This document shows positions 27,713 through 37,310 of a DNA stretch of 64,000 nucleotides, in pieces. A program made the position numbers and the translations under genes. Source of the DNA: a bacterium (GTDB taxonomy: Bacteria > UBA8248); contig CBDCRP010000002.1 of the NCBI GenBank assembly GCA_965221165.1, forward strand, positions 1,417,728-1,481,727, read 5' to 3'. The notes beneath the pieces were generated by a model. The model was not told the origin of the DNA and searched no databases. It saw only the letters and a list, made by a program, of their open reading frames with translations. Within the stretch, counting starts at the first letter, position 1. Each line of letters starts with the position of its first letter.

Positions 27713-28066
27713 ATGAAGGTGATGAACTACAAGGAAGCGGAACTCAAAGCGGAGAAGGCGGCCCAGGGCGCGGGCATCCGCTGGCTGCTCAGCGAGCGCG
27801 ACGGCGAGACCGAAATGGCGATGCGGGTCATCGAAATCGAAGCGGGCGGGCAGACGCCCGACCATTCCCACTCCTGGGAGCATCAGGTGTTCATGCTCAA
27901 GGGCGAGGGCCGCGTGATCGTCGAGGGCGAGACGCAGCCCATCGCGCCGGGTTCGGCCATATTCGTGGCTCCGGGCGAGAATCACACCTTCCTCAACGAT
28001 TCGGACGATACCATGGAGTTCGTCTGCATGATTCCCGTGAGCGCCACCAAGGCGTATGAACACTAA
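27713..28066 (+). CDS. cupin_2 domain protein
   Basis: Motifs HSHSWEHQVF and PGENH. Confidence 0.9.
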   Translation: MKVMNYKEAELKAEKAAQGAGIRWLLSERDGETEMAMRVIEIEAGGQTPDHSHSWEHQVFMLKGEGRVIVEGETQPIAPGSAIFVAPGENHTFLNDSDDTMEFVCMIPVSATKAYEH

Positions 28067-28182
28067 GACTAAGACGGGAAAACCACACGCTACAGCCTAA
28101 GAATTTCGATAAATATAGATAAATTCACGACGGTTTTCGATAAATTTCTGAACAGGCGCCATCCGGCGGCTCTTCCCAAGCG

Positions 28183-28230
28183 CCACAATATATTGCGCTG
28201 AACGAAAATTCCTCACACAACATACAGGCG
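28183..28230. promoter_or_regulatory. tandem NrdR-box-like sites
   Basis: CCACAATATATTGCGC (28183-28198) and ACACAACATACAGGCG (28215-28230), starts 32 bp apart; compared with the consensus acaCwAtATaTwGtgt. Confidence 0.6.
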
Positions 28231-28292
28231 CTCTCCGTTCACTCGTAGAGAAACCCTCTCAAAATCAATTTTTATAACTACAACTCAATAAT

Positions 28293-28305
28293 TATCAATA
28301 ACTTG
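28293..28305 (+). promoter_or_regulatory. IHF-binding site candidate
   Basis: TATCAATAACTTG matches WATCAANNNNTTR exactly and has an AT-rich 5' flank. Confidence 0.5.
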
Positions 28306-28412
28306 CAATATATCTTGCATGGACAACTTTAAGAGCGGCAGGATATCAGTAAACTATATATTTTATAAAATAAATAAAAACAATAAGATATGAGAATTAG
28401 TAAAAAAATTAC

Positions 28413-28442
28413 TTGATATAAATCCTAAGCCTTTGGTATATT
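28413..28442 (+). promoter_or_regulatory. sigma70 promoter candidate for the GAF-mreB operon
   Basis: TTGATA, 18-bp spacer, TATATT preceded by TGG (extended -10). Confidence 0.55.
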
Positions 28443-28469
28443 CCACAGCGTCCCAATCCGTCCTATTGG

Positions 28470-29957
28470 GTGTTGGAAATGACGAATCTGGAAAGAGATC
28501 TTTTCTCCCTCATCACACTCGTCAGCAACGTCACGGAAGCCTATTCCGCCTGCTTATTCCTCGAAAACAAAAGGCGTAAGACGTACCAGCTCGCTACTTA
28601 TCACAGTCTCAGCCCATACATCCTCGCGGATGCCTCGGTCGATGTGGGCCAGGGCTTCATGGGTTGGGTTCTGGAAAACAATGAACCCTTAAGCGTAAAT
28701 CAGTTCGACAAAGACACTCTAGTCCTCGGTTATTACAGCAGAAACGAGGATATCAAGTCCTTCATGGCGACTCCTTTGCCCTCTTCCATCAATAAAGGGG
28801 CGCTCGCCATTGACAGCAAAAAAAGTTGGTGTTTTACATCCAGAGATCAAAAAATACTCGCGGGGTTCGCCCAGCAATTCGCCTATCTTGCAGACGGTGC
28901 CCTGACGGCAGTTCAAATGGAACGGCGCTCCATGAACGTTCTCGCCTTCAGCAGATACCTGACTTCGCTTCGCTCAAGCGAAACCGAAAGTCAATTGTTG
29001 AATGCAATATGCCAGGTACCGCGCGAATTGCTTCCCTTCGACGCCTGCTTCCTCGTCCTTGTTGACGAGGAAGCAGGCTTCCCTCGCCTTGTCCGAACTT
29101 CCGGGTTTGGGGAACTTTTCCTGGGTGAAGTCACCGTTAGTGAACGTGCAAGTCTGGCGGGATATGTACTAAATAAAAGAGAAAGTTTGAGGCTCCCGGA
29201 TCTCAAGGGAAAAAAAGGAACCAGGCCCCTCTTCCATGATGATGAGCCCCGCTTCGAAGCTCGATCCGCCGCATGTCTTCCCCTTATCTCAGGAAGTGAA
29301 ATTCTTGGTTGTCTAGGGTTCACAAGCAAACGCAGGGCGCAATTCGATGCCTCTTCTCTACAGCGAGGAGAAATCATCGGAGCTCTTGTGGCGGATGCCA
29401 TCGCAAATCGTAAAAACGAGTCACGCTGGCAAGCACGTTTAGAAATTGACCCTATTACCGGCGAGCCGAATCTGCAATATCTCCATTCTCGCCTTAATGA
29501 AATTATCTGTGAGGCAGAAGCAAAGGGGCGTCAACTCGCGTTACTTAGTATCACTCCCGACGTTACGCCGGAATGCAAGGATACGCCCGAGGAAGAAATC
29601 ATTCTTCATCTCTCAAATTCGCTTAAACAATTCGCTGCGGGAAACGACATTTTAGTTCGGCATGAGGGGCCGCGTTTTCTCTTATTATTGAAAGACTCTT
29701 CTCAAGAATATGCTGAAGCCGTAGCAGAACGAATAATGCATGTCATTAATCACACCTCCTTCCATCATGCTGGAAAAGAACTCGAAATCACAATTTCAAT
29801 AGGCGCTGCATGTTTCCCTGAAAATGCGCGAAACTCAAAAGCCCTGATCAAATCATCTCTTGAAGCATTAGCTTTCGCTCAGAAGGGGGATGCAGTAAGT
29901 CAACTTTGTTTTATGGGGGGGATGGATCATGAAATTGAATTTTTTACAAAAACTTAG
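28470..29957 (+). CDS. GAF-GAF-degenerate GGDEF protein
   Basis: Two GAF-like segments (GQGFMGWV..., SAACLPLISGSEILGCL). The C-terminal region DPITGEPN...LVRHEGPRFLLLL...ITISIGAACFP is GGDEF-like, with GGDEF replaced by EGPRF. Confidence 0.8.
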   Translation: MLEMTNLERDLFSLITLVSNVTEAYSACLFLENKRRKTYQLATYHSLSPYILADASVDVGQGFMGWVLENNEPLSVNQFDKDTLVLGYYSRNEDIKSFMATPLPSSINKGALAIDSKKSWCFTSRDQKILAGFAQQFAYLADGALTAVQMERRSMNVLAFSRYLTSLRSSETESQLLNAICQVPRELLPFDACFLVLVDEEAGFPRLVRTSGFGELFLGEVTVSERASLAGYVLNKRESLRLPDLKGKKGTRPLFHDDEPRFEARSAACLPLISGSEILGCLGFTSKRRAQFDASSLQRGEIIGALVADAIANRKNESRWQARLEIDPITGEPNLQYLHSRLNEIICEAEAKGRQLALLSITPDVTPECKDTPEEEIILHLSNSLKQFAAGNDILVRHEGPRFLLLLKDSSQEYAEAVAERIMHVINHTSFHHAGKELEITISIGAACFPENARNSKALIKSSLEALAFAQKGDAVSQLCFMGGMDHEIEFFTKT

Positions 29958-30966
29958 ATCCCTGACGGGACCAAATATCGCGATGGACCTGGGGACGGCT
30001 AATACTCTAGTTTACACAAAAAATGCCGGAATCGTTCTTGATGAGCCCTCTGTCGTCGCCTTGAACACGAGAAATGGAGGAGGGGTTCTCGCAGTAGGAA
30101 AAAAAGCCAAGGAAATGTACGGCCGGACTCCAGATTCAATTCGCACGATTCGTCCTATGAAAGATGGAGTAATCGCAGATTTCGATGTCACCAAAGCAAT
30201 GATACGCCATTTTGTTAGGGCAATCGTACCCAGAAGATCCTTCAGCCGACCTACGATGATGGTCTGTGTTCCCTCGGGAATTACAAGCGTCGAAATGAAA
30301 GCTGTAATTGATTCCGCCACTCAATGCGGAGCCGCCAAGGTCCATTTGATAGAAGAACCCATGGCGGCGGCCATTGGCAGCAAACTACCGATTCATGAAA
30401 TCGCCGGCTCCATGATTGTAGATATTGGGGGAGGGACAACTGAAATGGCCGTAATATCCCAATATGCAGTTGCGTATTCAGAGTCTCTCCGCATGGCGGG
30501 AGATGCGATGGACGAATGTATCCAACGCCACATTAAAAGACACCACGGTTTATCTATCGGTTCATTCGAAGCCGAGCGTGTGAAAATTGAGATTGGTGCG
30601 GCAGCTCCCCTTGCAGAGCCACTTGAAATGGAAATTTCAGGCGCAGATGTTTCCACGGGTATGCCTCGCATCATTAAGCTAACTGATGAATCGGTGCGAG
30701 AGGCTCTCGACGGTCCTGTGAAAGCCATTGTTGAATCCATTAGAAAAGTTCTTTCTAAAACAAGCCCTGAGCTTGCTTCAGACATTCATCGACGAGGGAT
30801 CGTGTTAGCTGGCGGCGGTTCGCTCTTAAAAGGGCTCGGGACAAGGCTTCATGATGAGACAGGTCTTCCTATTTACAGAGTAAAAGACCCACTCACCACC
30901 GTCGTTCGCGGAACTGGACATGTACTAGACCACTTAAAAGATTTTAAGCAGGTGTGCCTAAACTGA
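29929..30966 (+). CDS. mreB: MreB-family actin homologue (no mreC/mreD adjacent)
   Basis: Motifs AMDLGTANT, RPMKDGVIADF, EEPMAAAIG, DIGGGTTE and LAGGGSLL. Confidence 0.96.
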   Translation: MKLNFLQKLRSLTGPNIAMDLGTANTLVYTKNAGIVLDEPSVVALNTRNGGGVLAVGKKAKEMYGRTPDSIRTIRPMKDGVIADFDVTKAMIRHFVRAIVPRRSFSRPTMMVCVPSGITSVEMKAVIDSATQCGAAKVHLIEEPMAAAIGSKLPIHEIAGSMIVDIGGGTTEMAVISQYAVAYSESLRMAGDAMDECIQRHIKRHHGLSIGSFEAERVKIEIGAAAPLAEPLEMEISGADVSTGMPRIIKLTDESVREALDGPVKAIVESIRKVLSKTSPELASDIHRRGIVLAGGGSLLKGLGTRLHDETGLPIYRVKDPLTTVVRGTGHVLDHLKDFKQVCLN

Positions 30967-30990
30967 TTTTCCGGAGCACCACCCCCCCAA

Positions 30991-31028
30991 CCGGGGACCC
31001 GGCCCCATGCGCAATACCGGGTCCCCGG
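30991..31028 (+). terminator. perfect 12-bp GC-rich hairpin after mreB (terminator or stabiliser)
   Basis: CCGGGGACCCGG-N14-CCGGGTCCCCGG; no clear U tract. Confidence 0.55.
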
Positions 31029-31142
31029 CCTTCCCCTTCATCGAATAGCTATAGAGAGATTCCACTGTCGACAACAATCCTTTAGAATAAAAGATGATAG
31101 TAACTTGTATTGCAAAATCTTTTACTCAAACAGGAAAATACA

Positions 31143-31415
31143 ATGGCTTTCACACAACAAGGCGATTCGTATTCATTCGAATCGTCAGTAGAAGACATGA
31201 AACTGGTATACAGGATATTACACTGGCATATGAGAGATCACCTTGAACTTATGGATTGTGATTTTATGGATGAATTACAACTCGCTCTACAAAAAAAAGC
31301 TCAAAATGAAGGAGTGGACATCGGCCATCACGGCGCATGGGATCTATGGCTGGGCAATGATGCAGCGACACCATGTGAAGAACGCGTAAAAAAACGGAAG
31401 ATATTCGATGATTAA
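31143..31415 (+). CDS. small hypothetical protein (90 aa)
   Basis: ATG after AGGAA; His/Cys-containing; convergent 4-bp overlap with aroE. Confidence 0.7.
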   Translation: MAFTQQGDSYSFESSVEDMKLVYRILHWHMRDHLELMDCDFMDELQLALQKKAQNEGVDIGHHGAWDLWLGNDAATPCEERVKKRKIFDD

Positions 31416-32290
31416 TCCTCGCCACTAAGGCGTAATTCCAGCGCTTTATGTAAAACCTCCATCACTATATCAGTAGGCATATCGACTCCTGTCCACATTT
31501 TCCAAGCAGCTGCAGCTTGATATACCAACCAACCTGTTCCGCGAACAACTTGAGCGCCGGACCGCTTGGCCGCTTTTATAAATTCCGTATCAGGCGGAAT
31601 ATAGACCGCATCCGAGCAAATACAATTTTCCGGTATAGCATCCTCGGGTATAGGGCTGGCAGCCATGCGCTCGGTATCTCCCCACATTCCCAAGCTTGTC
31701 GTATTCACAATGATCTCACAGCCATCAGCCGCTGAATATATATCCCCGAAGCCACCACCCTTTACTTTAGAAGAAGGAATGCTTTTCTCCACAAAACGTG
31801 CCAACTCAAAGGCTTTATCATATGTTCGATTTCTAATTTCAAGGTGAGCCGCCCCGCACTGGGTTATTTTGACCGCAATCGCTCTCGCGGCACCCCCTGC
31901 ACCCAAAACTAGGCATTTCTTTCCCTTGGGGTGCTCTCCCGTTGTTTCCTCCAAAAATCGGAGCCAGCCGATACCATCCGTATTGTGGCCTATGAGGCGA
32001 CCGTCTTCTTCAAAAACTATCGTGTTTACAGCGCCCATAAGCCGGGCGTCTTCGCTGACCTCATCCATCAGTTTGGTAACAGTCACCTTGTGCGGAATTG
32101 TTATTGTGAGTCCGCGAAACCCCATTGCCTGGGCTCCTCGCACAGCCTCTTCCAAATAATCCGGGTGAACCTCATAGGAAAGATAATGATAATTCACACC
32201 CAAAACCTCAGCCGCTTTGTTATGGAGTACAGGTGATAAAATATGACCTGCAGGATATCCAAGAACACCCAGTGGTATCGGATTTAGCAT
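31412..32290 (-). CDS. aroE: shikimate dehydrogenase family
   Basis: Motifs HILSP, TIPHK, GAVNT, NTDG, GAGGAARA, NRT and NTTSLGM. Confidence 0.92.
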   Translation of the reverse strand: MLNPIPLGVLGYPAGHILSPVLHNKAAEVLGVNYHYLSYEVHPDYLEEAVRGAQAMGFRGLTITIPHKVTVTKLMDEVSEDARLMGAVNTIVFEEDGRLIGHNTDGIGWLRFLEETTGEHPKGKKCLVLGAGGAARAIAVKITQCGAAHLEIRNRTYDKAFELARFVEKSIPSSKVKGGGFGDIYSAADGCEIIVNTTSLGMWGDTERMAASPIPEDAIPENCICSDAVYIPPDTEFIKAAKRSGAQVVRGTGWLVYQAAAAWKMWTGVDMPTDIVMEVLHKALELRLSGED

Positions 32291-32453
32291 GAGCGTTCTC
32301 CTCCATCTCATTTTATGTGATAAATGAGCTATTTATTCGCGGAACCTGTCATTCTTTCACTAGCTACGATAGAGTAGAATTTTAGTAACCCATTCGCAAT
32401 CGGGGTATTATTTTATCTCTCCAAGAGTCTTGGATCTTATAAACATGCGCATC

Positions 32454-32470
32454 GTAGTATGAAATACTAC
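32454..32470. promoter_or_regulatory. palindromic operator candidate between the divergent aroE and Mo-hydroxylase genes
   Basis: GTAGTAT-GAA-ATACTAC; a second palindrome, CCAAGA-G-TCTTGG, lies at 32421-32433. Confidence 0.4.
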
Positions 32471-32508
32471 ACGTTATTCATATGCGCCATATATTTTCGA
32501 GGTGCTCC

Positions 32509-34767
32509 ATGGGTGAATTTAAGGTAGCTGGGAAAAGCATCCCCAGATATGATCTCCCAGACAAAGCTGCGGGCACGGCCAAGTTCGCTGCGGACGTTAC
32601 CGTTGCGCAGCCCCTGGTCAGTTTAGTGCTCCGAAGTCCACACCCACATGCTCGTATTGTCTCTATAGACACACGGGAAGCAAAAAAAATACCGGGTGTA
32701 CGTACTGTATTGGTAGGCGACGATTGCCCGTCACATCATTTCGGCCTTGAGATCAAGGATATCTGCTGGTTGGCTCGTGATGGCTACGTCAGACACATCG
32801 GAGATCCTATTGCAGCTCTTGCAGCGGAATCAATGGATGCCGCCCAGGCGGCACTAGACTCCATAAAGGTAAACTATGAGATCCTTGAACCTATAGTGGA
32901 CCTTTTGGCCGCGCGTGAGGGCAAGGGCCCACATGTGCATGAAGACTGGGACAAAATAGGCTTAGGGCCCAATGGAGCAGGCAATGTGATTGGTCGCTAC
33001 GAAAAGTCCATGGGCGATGTGGATATCGCCATGGAAAAAGCAGACCATATATTCGAACACACATTTCAAACCCCATACGCCCACTCGGGATATATTGAGC
33101 CTCATGCCTGCATGGCGGAGCCGGGAGCCGATGGAAAAATCACTATTTGGACAACAACGCAAGCACCTTTCGCTATTCGCGAGCAAGTTGCCGAAGCGTT
33201 AGGTGTTCCCCTCTCGAAAATCAAAGTCATCCCCACAGAAATCGGCGGGGGATTTGGAGGAAAGATTCATTCGTTTATCGAACATATCGTTGCATTACTT
33301 GCTCTTAAAAGCGGGCGCGCCGTGCGCCATGAAATGCCGCGCGAAGATGATCATAATGGCGTAAGTCCGAGGCAAGGCCTGAGAATACACTTAAAAACAG
33401 GCGTGACTTCCGATGGCGCAATCATGGCGCGTGAAGCGGACATCATTGTTGACCATGGCGCATATGGGCCCGGTGCCCCAAGTCAGGCAAGCTCCCGTAT
33501 CCCGATGTTCACTAGTTGTTACAACATTCCCCATACTCTTGTAAAAATGACCAGCGTCTACACCAATGGCCCCACATGCGGTTCGGTCAGAGGACCGAGT
33601 GGACCCCAATGCTTCTTCGCAACAGAAGTCCATCTCGACATTATTGCTCGTGAACTAGGTATCGACCCGCTTGAAATTAGGCGAAAAAACGCGATACGGA
33701 AAGGCGACACCGGATTATTCGGTACGCAAAAAGACGACGGCATGCTCAAAGTTTTAGAAAGCACGGCCAAAGAAGGAAACTGGGGCGATACCATCAATGC
33801 AAATGCGAATTTAGAAGACCCCGGCTGGAAATTTGGTCGAGGTCTTGCGGTTAGTTTTTGGCGCGGAAATGGTGGGGCTTCCGCATGTACGGCGCGCCTA
33901 AACGCGGACGGCAGCGTTCAGCTCCTTAGTGGTTCTGTGAACCTTACGGGGGCAACAACTTCAATGTGTCAGATTGCCGCGGAAGAAATGGATATCCCCC
34001 TCGGACAAATATCTTTCGACAGCGGCGATACCGACACCGCACCCGAATCCGTCCGTGCGGCCGGCAGTATGGTAACCCGCTCAATGGGTGCCGCCGTTAT
34101 TGTTGCAGTGGACAACCTGAAAGATAAAATTCGAGTTGTTGCCGCCGAGAAACTCGAAGCCGATCCGAAAGATCTGAAAATTGAAGGGGGGCACGTTTTT
34201 TCGCAATCTACACCCAATCGCTCCATGTCATTAAGTGAAGTAGCCAAAGCGGCTCCGGGGGTTTCAGGCTATATCATGGGGCAAGGGGAAACACAGGCAC
34301 CGGATCCTTGCCCCATCTACACAGCACAGATAGCGGAAGTGGCCGTAAACCCGGATTTGGGTGAGGTGAAAGTATTGAGGCTCGTTTGTTCACAGGATGT
34401 GGGCTTTGCCATGAATCCAACCTCGGTCATCGGCCAGATGGAAGGCGGGATGCTTCAAGGAGTCGGTTTGGCGCTTATGGAAGAACAGCCGCGAGACAAA
34501 GCTGGGAAGATCTATGGAGGAAGTCTCCATGAATACCTTCTGCCCACCAGCCTGGATTTACCCGAACTCAAAACTATAATGATTGAGAACAAGGCGGATG
34601 ATACGCCTTATGGCATGAGAGGCGCTGGCGAACCACCTATACTCGCTACTCCTGCGGCCATCATGAATGCCATCGCCGATGCGGTGGATACTCGATTTTT
34701 CGCGATTCCAGTGGGCCCACACCACATATGCGAAGCGGTCAGAAAAATCGCAATAAACAAAGGATAG
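32509..34767 (+). CDS. xanthine dehydrogenase family molybdopterin-binding subunit
   Basis: Motifs LRSPHPHARI, IGGGFGGK, RGPSGPQ, GQMEGG and RGAGEPP. Confidence 0.93.
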   Translation: MGEFKVAGKSIPRYDLPDKAAGTAKFAADVTVAQPLVSLVLRSPHPHARIVSIDTREAKKIPGVRTVLVGDDCPSHHFGLEIKDICWLARDGYVRHIGDPIAALAAESMDAAQAALDSIKVNYEILEPIVDLLAAREGKGPHVHEDWDKIGLGPNGAGNVIGRYEKSMGDVDIAMEKADHIFEHTFQTPYAHSGYIEPHACMAEPGADGKITIWTTTQAPFAIREQVAEALGVPLSKIKVIPTEIGGGFGGKIHSFIEHIVALLALKSGRAVRHEMPREDDHNGVSPRQGLRIHLKTGVTSDGAIMAREADIIVDHGAYGPGAPSQASSRIPMFTSCYNIPHTLVKMTSVYTNGPTCGSVRGPSGPQCFFATEVHLDIIARELGIDPLEIRRKNAIRKGDTGLFGTQKDDGMLKVLESTAKEGNWGDTINANANLEDPGWKFGRGLAVSFWRGNGGASACTARLNADGSVQLLSGSVNLTGATTSMCQIAAEEMDIPLGQISFDSGDTDTAPESVRAAGSMVTRSMGAAVIVAVDNLKDKIRVVAAEKLEADPKDLKIEGGHVFSQSTPNRSMSLSEVAKAAPGVSGYIMGQGETQAPDPCPIYTAQIAEVAVNPDLGEVKVLRLVCSQDVGFAMNPTSVIGQMEGGMLQGVGLALMEEQPRDKAGKIYGGSLHEYLLPTSLDLPELKTIMIENKADDTPYGMRGAGEPPILATPAAIMNAIADAVDTRFFAIPVGPHHICEAVRKIAINKG

Positions 34768-34916
34768 CATCGGTTACTGATATAGGAACGATTGAAACAC
34801 TCAAAGAAGCCAGAGGAAAGAAAACGCCATATAAAGCAAATGTTTCTTAATTTAGCAGTTGCGGATAGCCATCTTCGTTTGTGGTTTCGAAGATTTCAGT
34901 TGCCCTGAAGTGAATT

Positions 34917-35837
34917 CTATGTAGCTTGAGGCGCATTGGCCTGAATGGCGCGTAGAAGGTGGCCATCCAGATACCATTTCATTGCTGTAATATTCGAATC
35001 ATCACTTAACACTGTGATGGCGCCACACCTTAGCCATTCGTTTCTTCTTGTCCGCCATGTCCAGATAAGCACTCCCCGACAACCATTGAGCCAAACAGAG
35101 CTGAATGTCAGTTTTTCTCCCATTTGGCCAAGCAGTTCCGTACAAGCAACAGCCACAAAATCATCACCCTCTCTCCTTTCATCGCGGACGATAAGTTCCA
35201 CATCGGGCGACATTAATCCTTGCAACAATACCTTATCTCGAAAACTGAGCGCTTCCACGAAGCGCTCGAAAACTCGCTCTGTTTTTCCTCGATCCTTGGT
35301 AGATGCGAAGAAAACTTTCCTTTCCCAGTGTTTTTTAACTTGCGATCGTTTTTTATCCGCATTATCGGCAATTTTGAAAACTTCTTGAATCTTTACCCCC
35401 ATTGCAGATGCCGCGACCCGATCACCATCCTCCGTACTATCCCTGAGCACGATAACAGCGCGTTGTTCGGGCGTCATGTACTGAAGGGGGAACAGAAACT
35501 CAAGCGCAACGCTTGGCCAAGTAGCACTTGCTTCTATGGATTTGGTCTCTCCATTCGTACTTGAACCTGTAGTTTGTATTAAATCGGGAAGGTCGAATTC
35601 GTTCAACTGCAAAGGTTTCTTCTCCCGCAGTCGAGAAAGCGCCACTTTTGTACATGCGGTATAGAGCCACTCAGAGTGATCTTCGATACTATCGAGAGCC
35701 GGGCCCATTTCAATAGCTCGTAACATTGTATCTTGCACGACATCGTCAGCGTCCAAAATACTTCCCGTGAGTCGATAAGCGTGTTGACGCATCAATCCCC
35801 AGTATTGATGAGTGTATTTTTCAAGATCAATCATCAT
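34917..35837 (-). CDS. ECF sigma factor with C-terminal SnoaL-like extension (ECF41/SigJ-like)
   Basis: Region 2 AYRLTGSILDADDVVQDT...WL; region 4 MTPEQRAVIVLRD; C-terminal VFERFVEAL...WLNG. Confidence 0.8.
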   Translation of the reverse strand: MMIDLEKYTHQYWGLMRQHAYRLTGSILDADDVVQDTMLRAIEMGPALDSIEDHSEWLYTACTKVALSRLREKKPLQLNEFDLPDLIQTTGSSTNGETKSIEASATWPSVALEFLFPLQYMTPEQRAVIVLRDSTEDGDRVAASAMGVKIQEVFKIADNADKKRSQVKKHWERKVFFASTKDRGKTERVFERFVEALSFRDKVLLQGLMSPDVELIVRDERREGDDFVAVACTELLGQMGEKLTFSSVWLNGCRGVLIWTWRTRRNEWLRCGAITVLSDDSNITAMKWYLDGHLLRAIQANAPQAT

Positions 35838-35843
35838 CGGAAC

Positions 35844-36527
35844 TCAAGCAGCCACAAACATCTCGCATAGGTCCGAAGCTACCTGCAAAGGGACCGCTGT
35901 TTTTTCCCGTACTTCCCTCTCGCTCACGCCCGGGGCGAGTTCGCGAAGTAAGAGTCCTTCGCTTTCCACCGTAATAACGGCCAGATCGGTAATGATAACA
36001 TCCACCACACCTTTACCTGTTAATGGCAGAGTGCATGCTTCTACAATCTTTGGCACCCCTCTCCTAGAAACATGCTCCATGGTAAGAATAACTTTTCGGG
36101 CGCCTACGACAAGGTCCATCGCACCTCCCATGCCAGATATCATCTTGCCAGGTATTGCCCAATTCGCCAGATCACCATTTCCAGCGACTTCCATTGCGCC
36201 GAGTATGGTGACATCTATATGCCCGCCCCTAATCATGGAAAATGATATGGCACTATCAAAATATGAACCACCCGGCATAAGCGTCACGGTCTCTTTGCTG
36301 GCATTCAGCAAGTCCGGGTCTTCATCTCCTGGGTATGGAAATGAGCCTACACCCAACACACCGTTCTCCGAATGGATGGTGACGCCGTATTCATCAGGTA
36401 TGTAATTGCTCACCAGCGTAGGTATGCCAAGTCCAAGGTTGACATAACCTCCTCTCGGCACTTCCATTGCCGCTCGTCTTGCAATGTCATGTCTACTCAA
36501 AGACAAATCAACTCTCCCCAAGGCCAC
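35844..36527 (-). CDS. scoB: 3-oxoacid CoA-transferase subunit B
   Basis: Motifs [14 protein letters not shown] and GMGGAMDL. Confidence 0.93.
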   Translation of the reverse strand: MALGRVDLSLSRHDIARRAAMEVPRGGYVNLGLGIPTLVSNYIPDEYGVTIHSENGVLGVGSFPYPGDEDPDLLNASKETVTLMPGGSYFDSAISFSMIRGGHIDVTILGAMEVAGNGDLANWAIPGKMISGMGGAMDLVVGARKVILTMEHVSRRGVPKIVEACTLPLTGKGVVDVIITDLAVITVESEGLLLRELAPGVSEREVREKTAVPLQVASDLCEMFVAA

Positions 36528-37227
36528 TTCGAGGCCGGTTCGTCAAAATTTCGATAGGTTTCTCAGGGTCTTCACCCAAGACCACCCGCTGCACAAAAAT
36601 TCCGGGCGTATGCACGTTTTCTGGCGCAATTTCACCCACAGGAACAATCTCTTCTACTTCGACGATGGTCACCTCGGCAGCAGTGGCCATGATGGGATTA
36701 AAATTCCGCGCACTCATCCTGTATATCAGATTTCCGCGCTCGTCTCCCTTCCAAGCCTTGATGAGAGCATAATCTGCTCGGATGGGCTCCTCGAAAATAT
36801 GCTCTCGGCCCTCAATCATTCGGGTCTCTTTTCCTTCAGCTACGACGGTGCCTGCTCCCGTTGGGGTAAAGAAACCACCAATACCAGCCCCACCCGCTCG
36901 AATTCGCTCCGTGAAGGTTCCTTGAGGCGAGAGTTCGACTTCAATTTCCCTATTCAGGGCTTGCTCTTCATACACTTTACAGGCTGGGCCCACGCGACTG
37001 GCGATGATAGAGCGTATTTGTCGATTTTCAAACATCATTCCCACGCCCCAACCGTCCATTCCACCTGCATTCGACACCAAATGGAAATCACCGACATCCA
37101 TCCGCTCACTCAATGCTTTGCACAAATTATGGGCCATCCCGCAGATGCCAAACCCACCGATAAGAATCGATGCTCCTCTGGGAATATCCAAAACAGCTTC
37201 CATGGAGCTTGATACAATTTTGGACAA
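36508..37227 (-). CDS. scoA: 3-oxoacid CoA-transferase subunit A
   Basis: Motifs [19 protein letters not shown] and ARNFNP; probable TTG start. Confidence 0.93.
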   Translation of the reverse strand: MSKIVSSSMEAVLDIPRGASILIGGFGICGMAHNLCKALSERMDVGDFHLVSNAGGMDGWGVGMMFENRQIRSIIASRVGPACKVYEEQALNREIEVELSPQGTFTERIRAGGAGIGGFFTPTGAGTVVAEGKETRMIEGREHIFEEPIRADYALIKAWKGDERGNLIYRMSARNFNPIMATAAEVTIVEVEEIVPVGEIAPENVHTPGIFVQRVVLGEDPEKPIEILTNRPRSGLGES

Positions 37228-37310
37228 AAGAAACTCCTCAATGACAAAATTTGAATTCTTCTTCTTCGAAACCCTAAGCTCTCGCATCCCGAGATTTGAA
37301 TGCGATTTGG

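Noticed and set aside
28067-28469. AT-rich intergenic region with an IHF site as a possible oriC
   Set aside because: No convincing DnaA boxes; the best, TATTCCACA, has two mismatches. No dnaA, gidA or parAB neighbours.
32391-32418. dif-like sequence CATTCGCAATC GGGGTA TTATTTTATCT
   Set aside because: Only 7/11 and 8/11 arm matches, and it lacks the conserved inner ATAA of the XerC arm.
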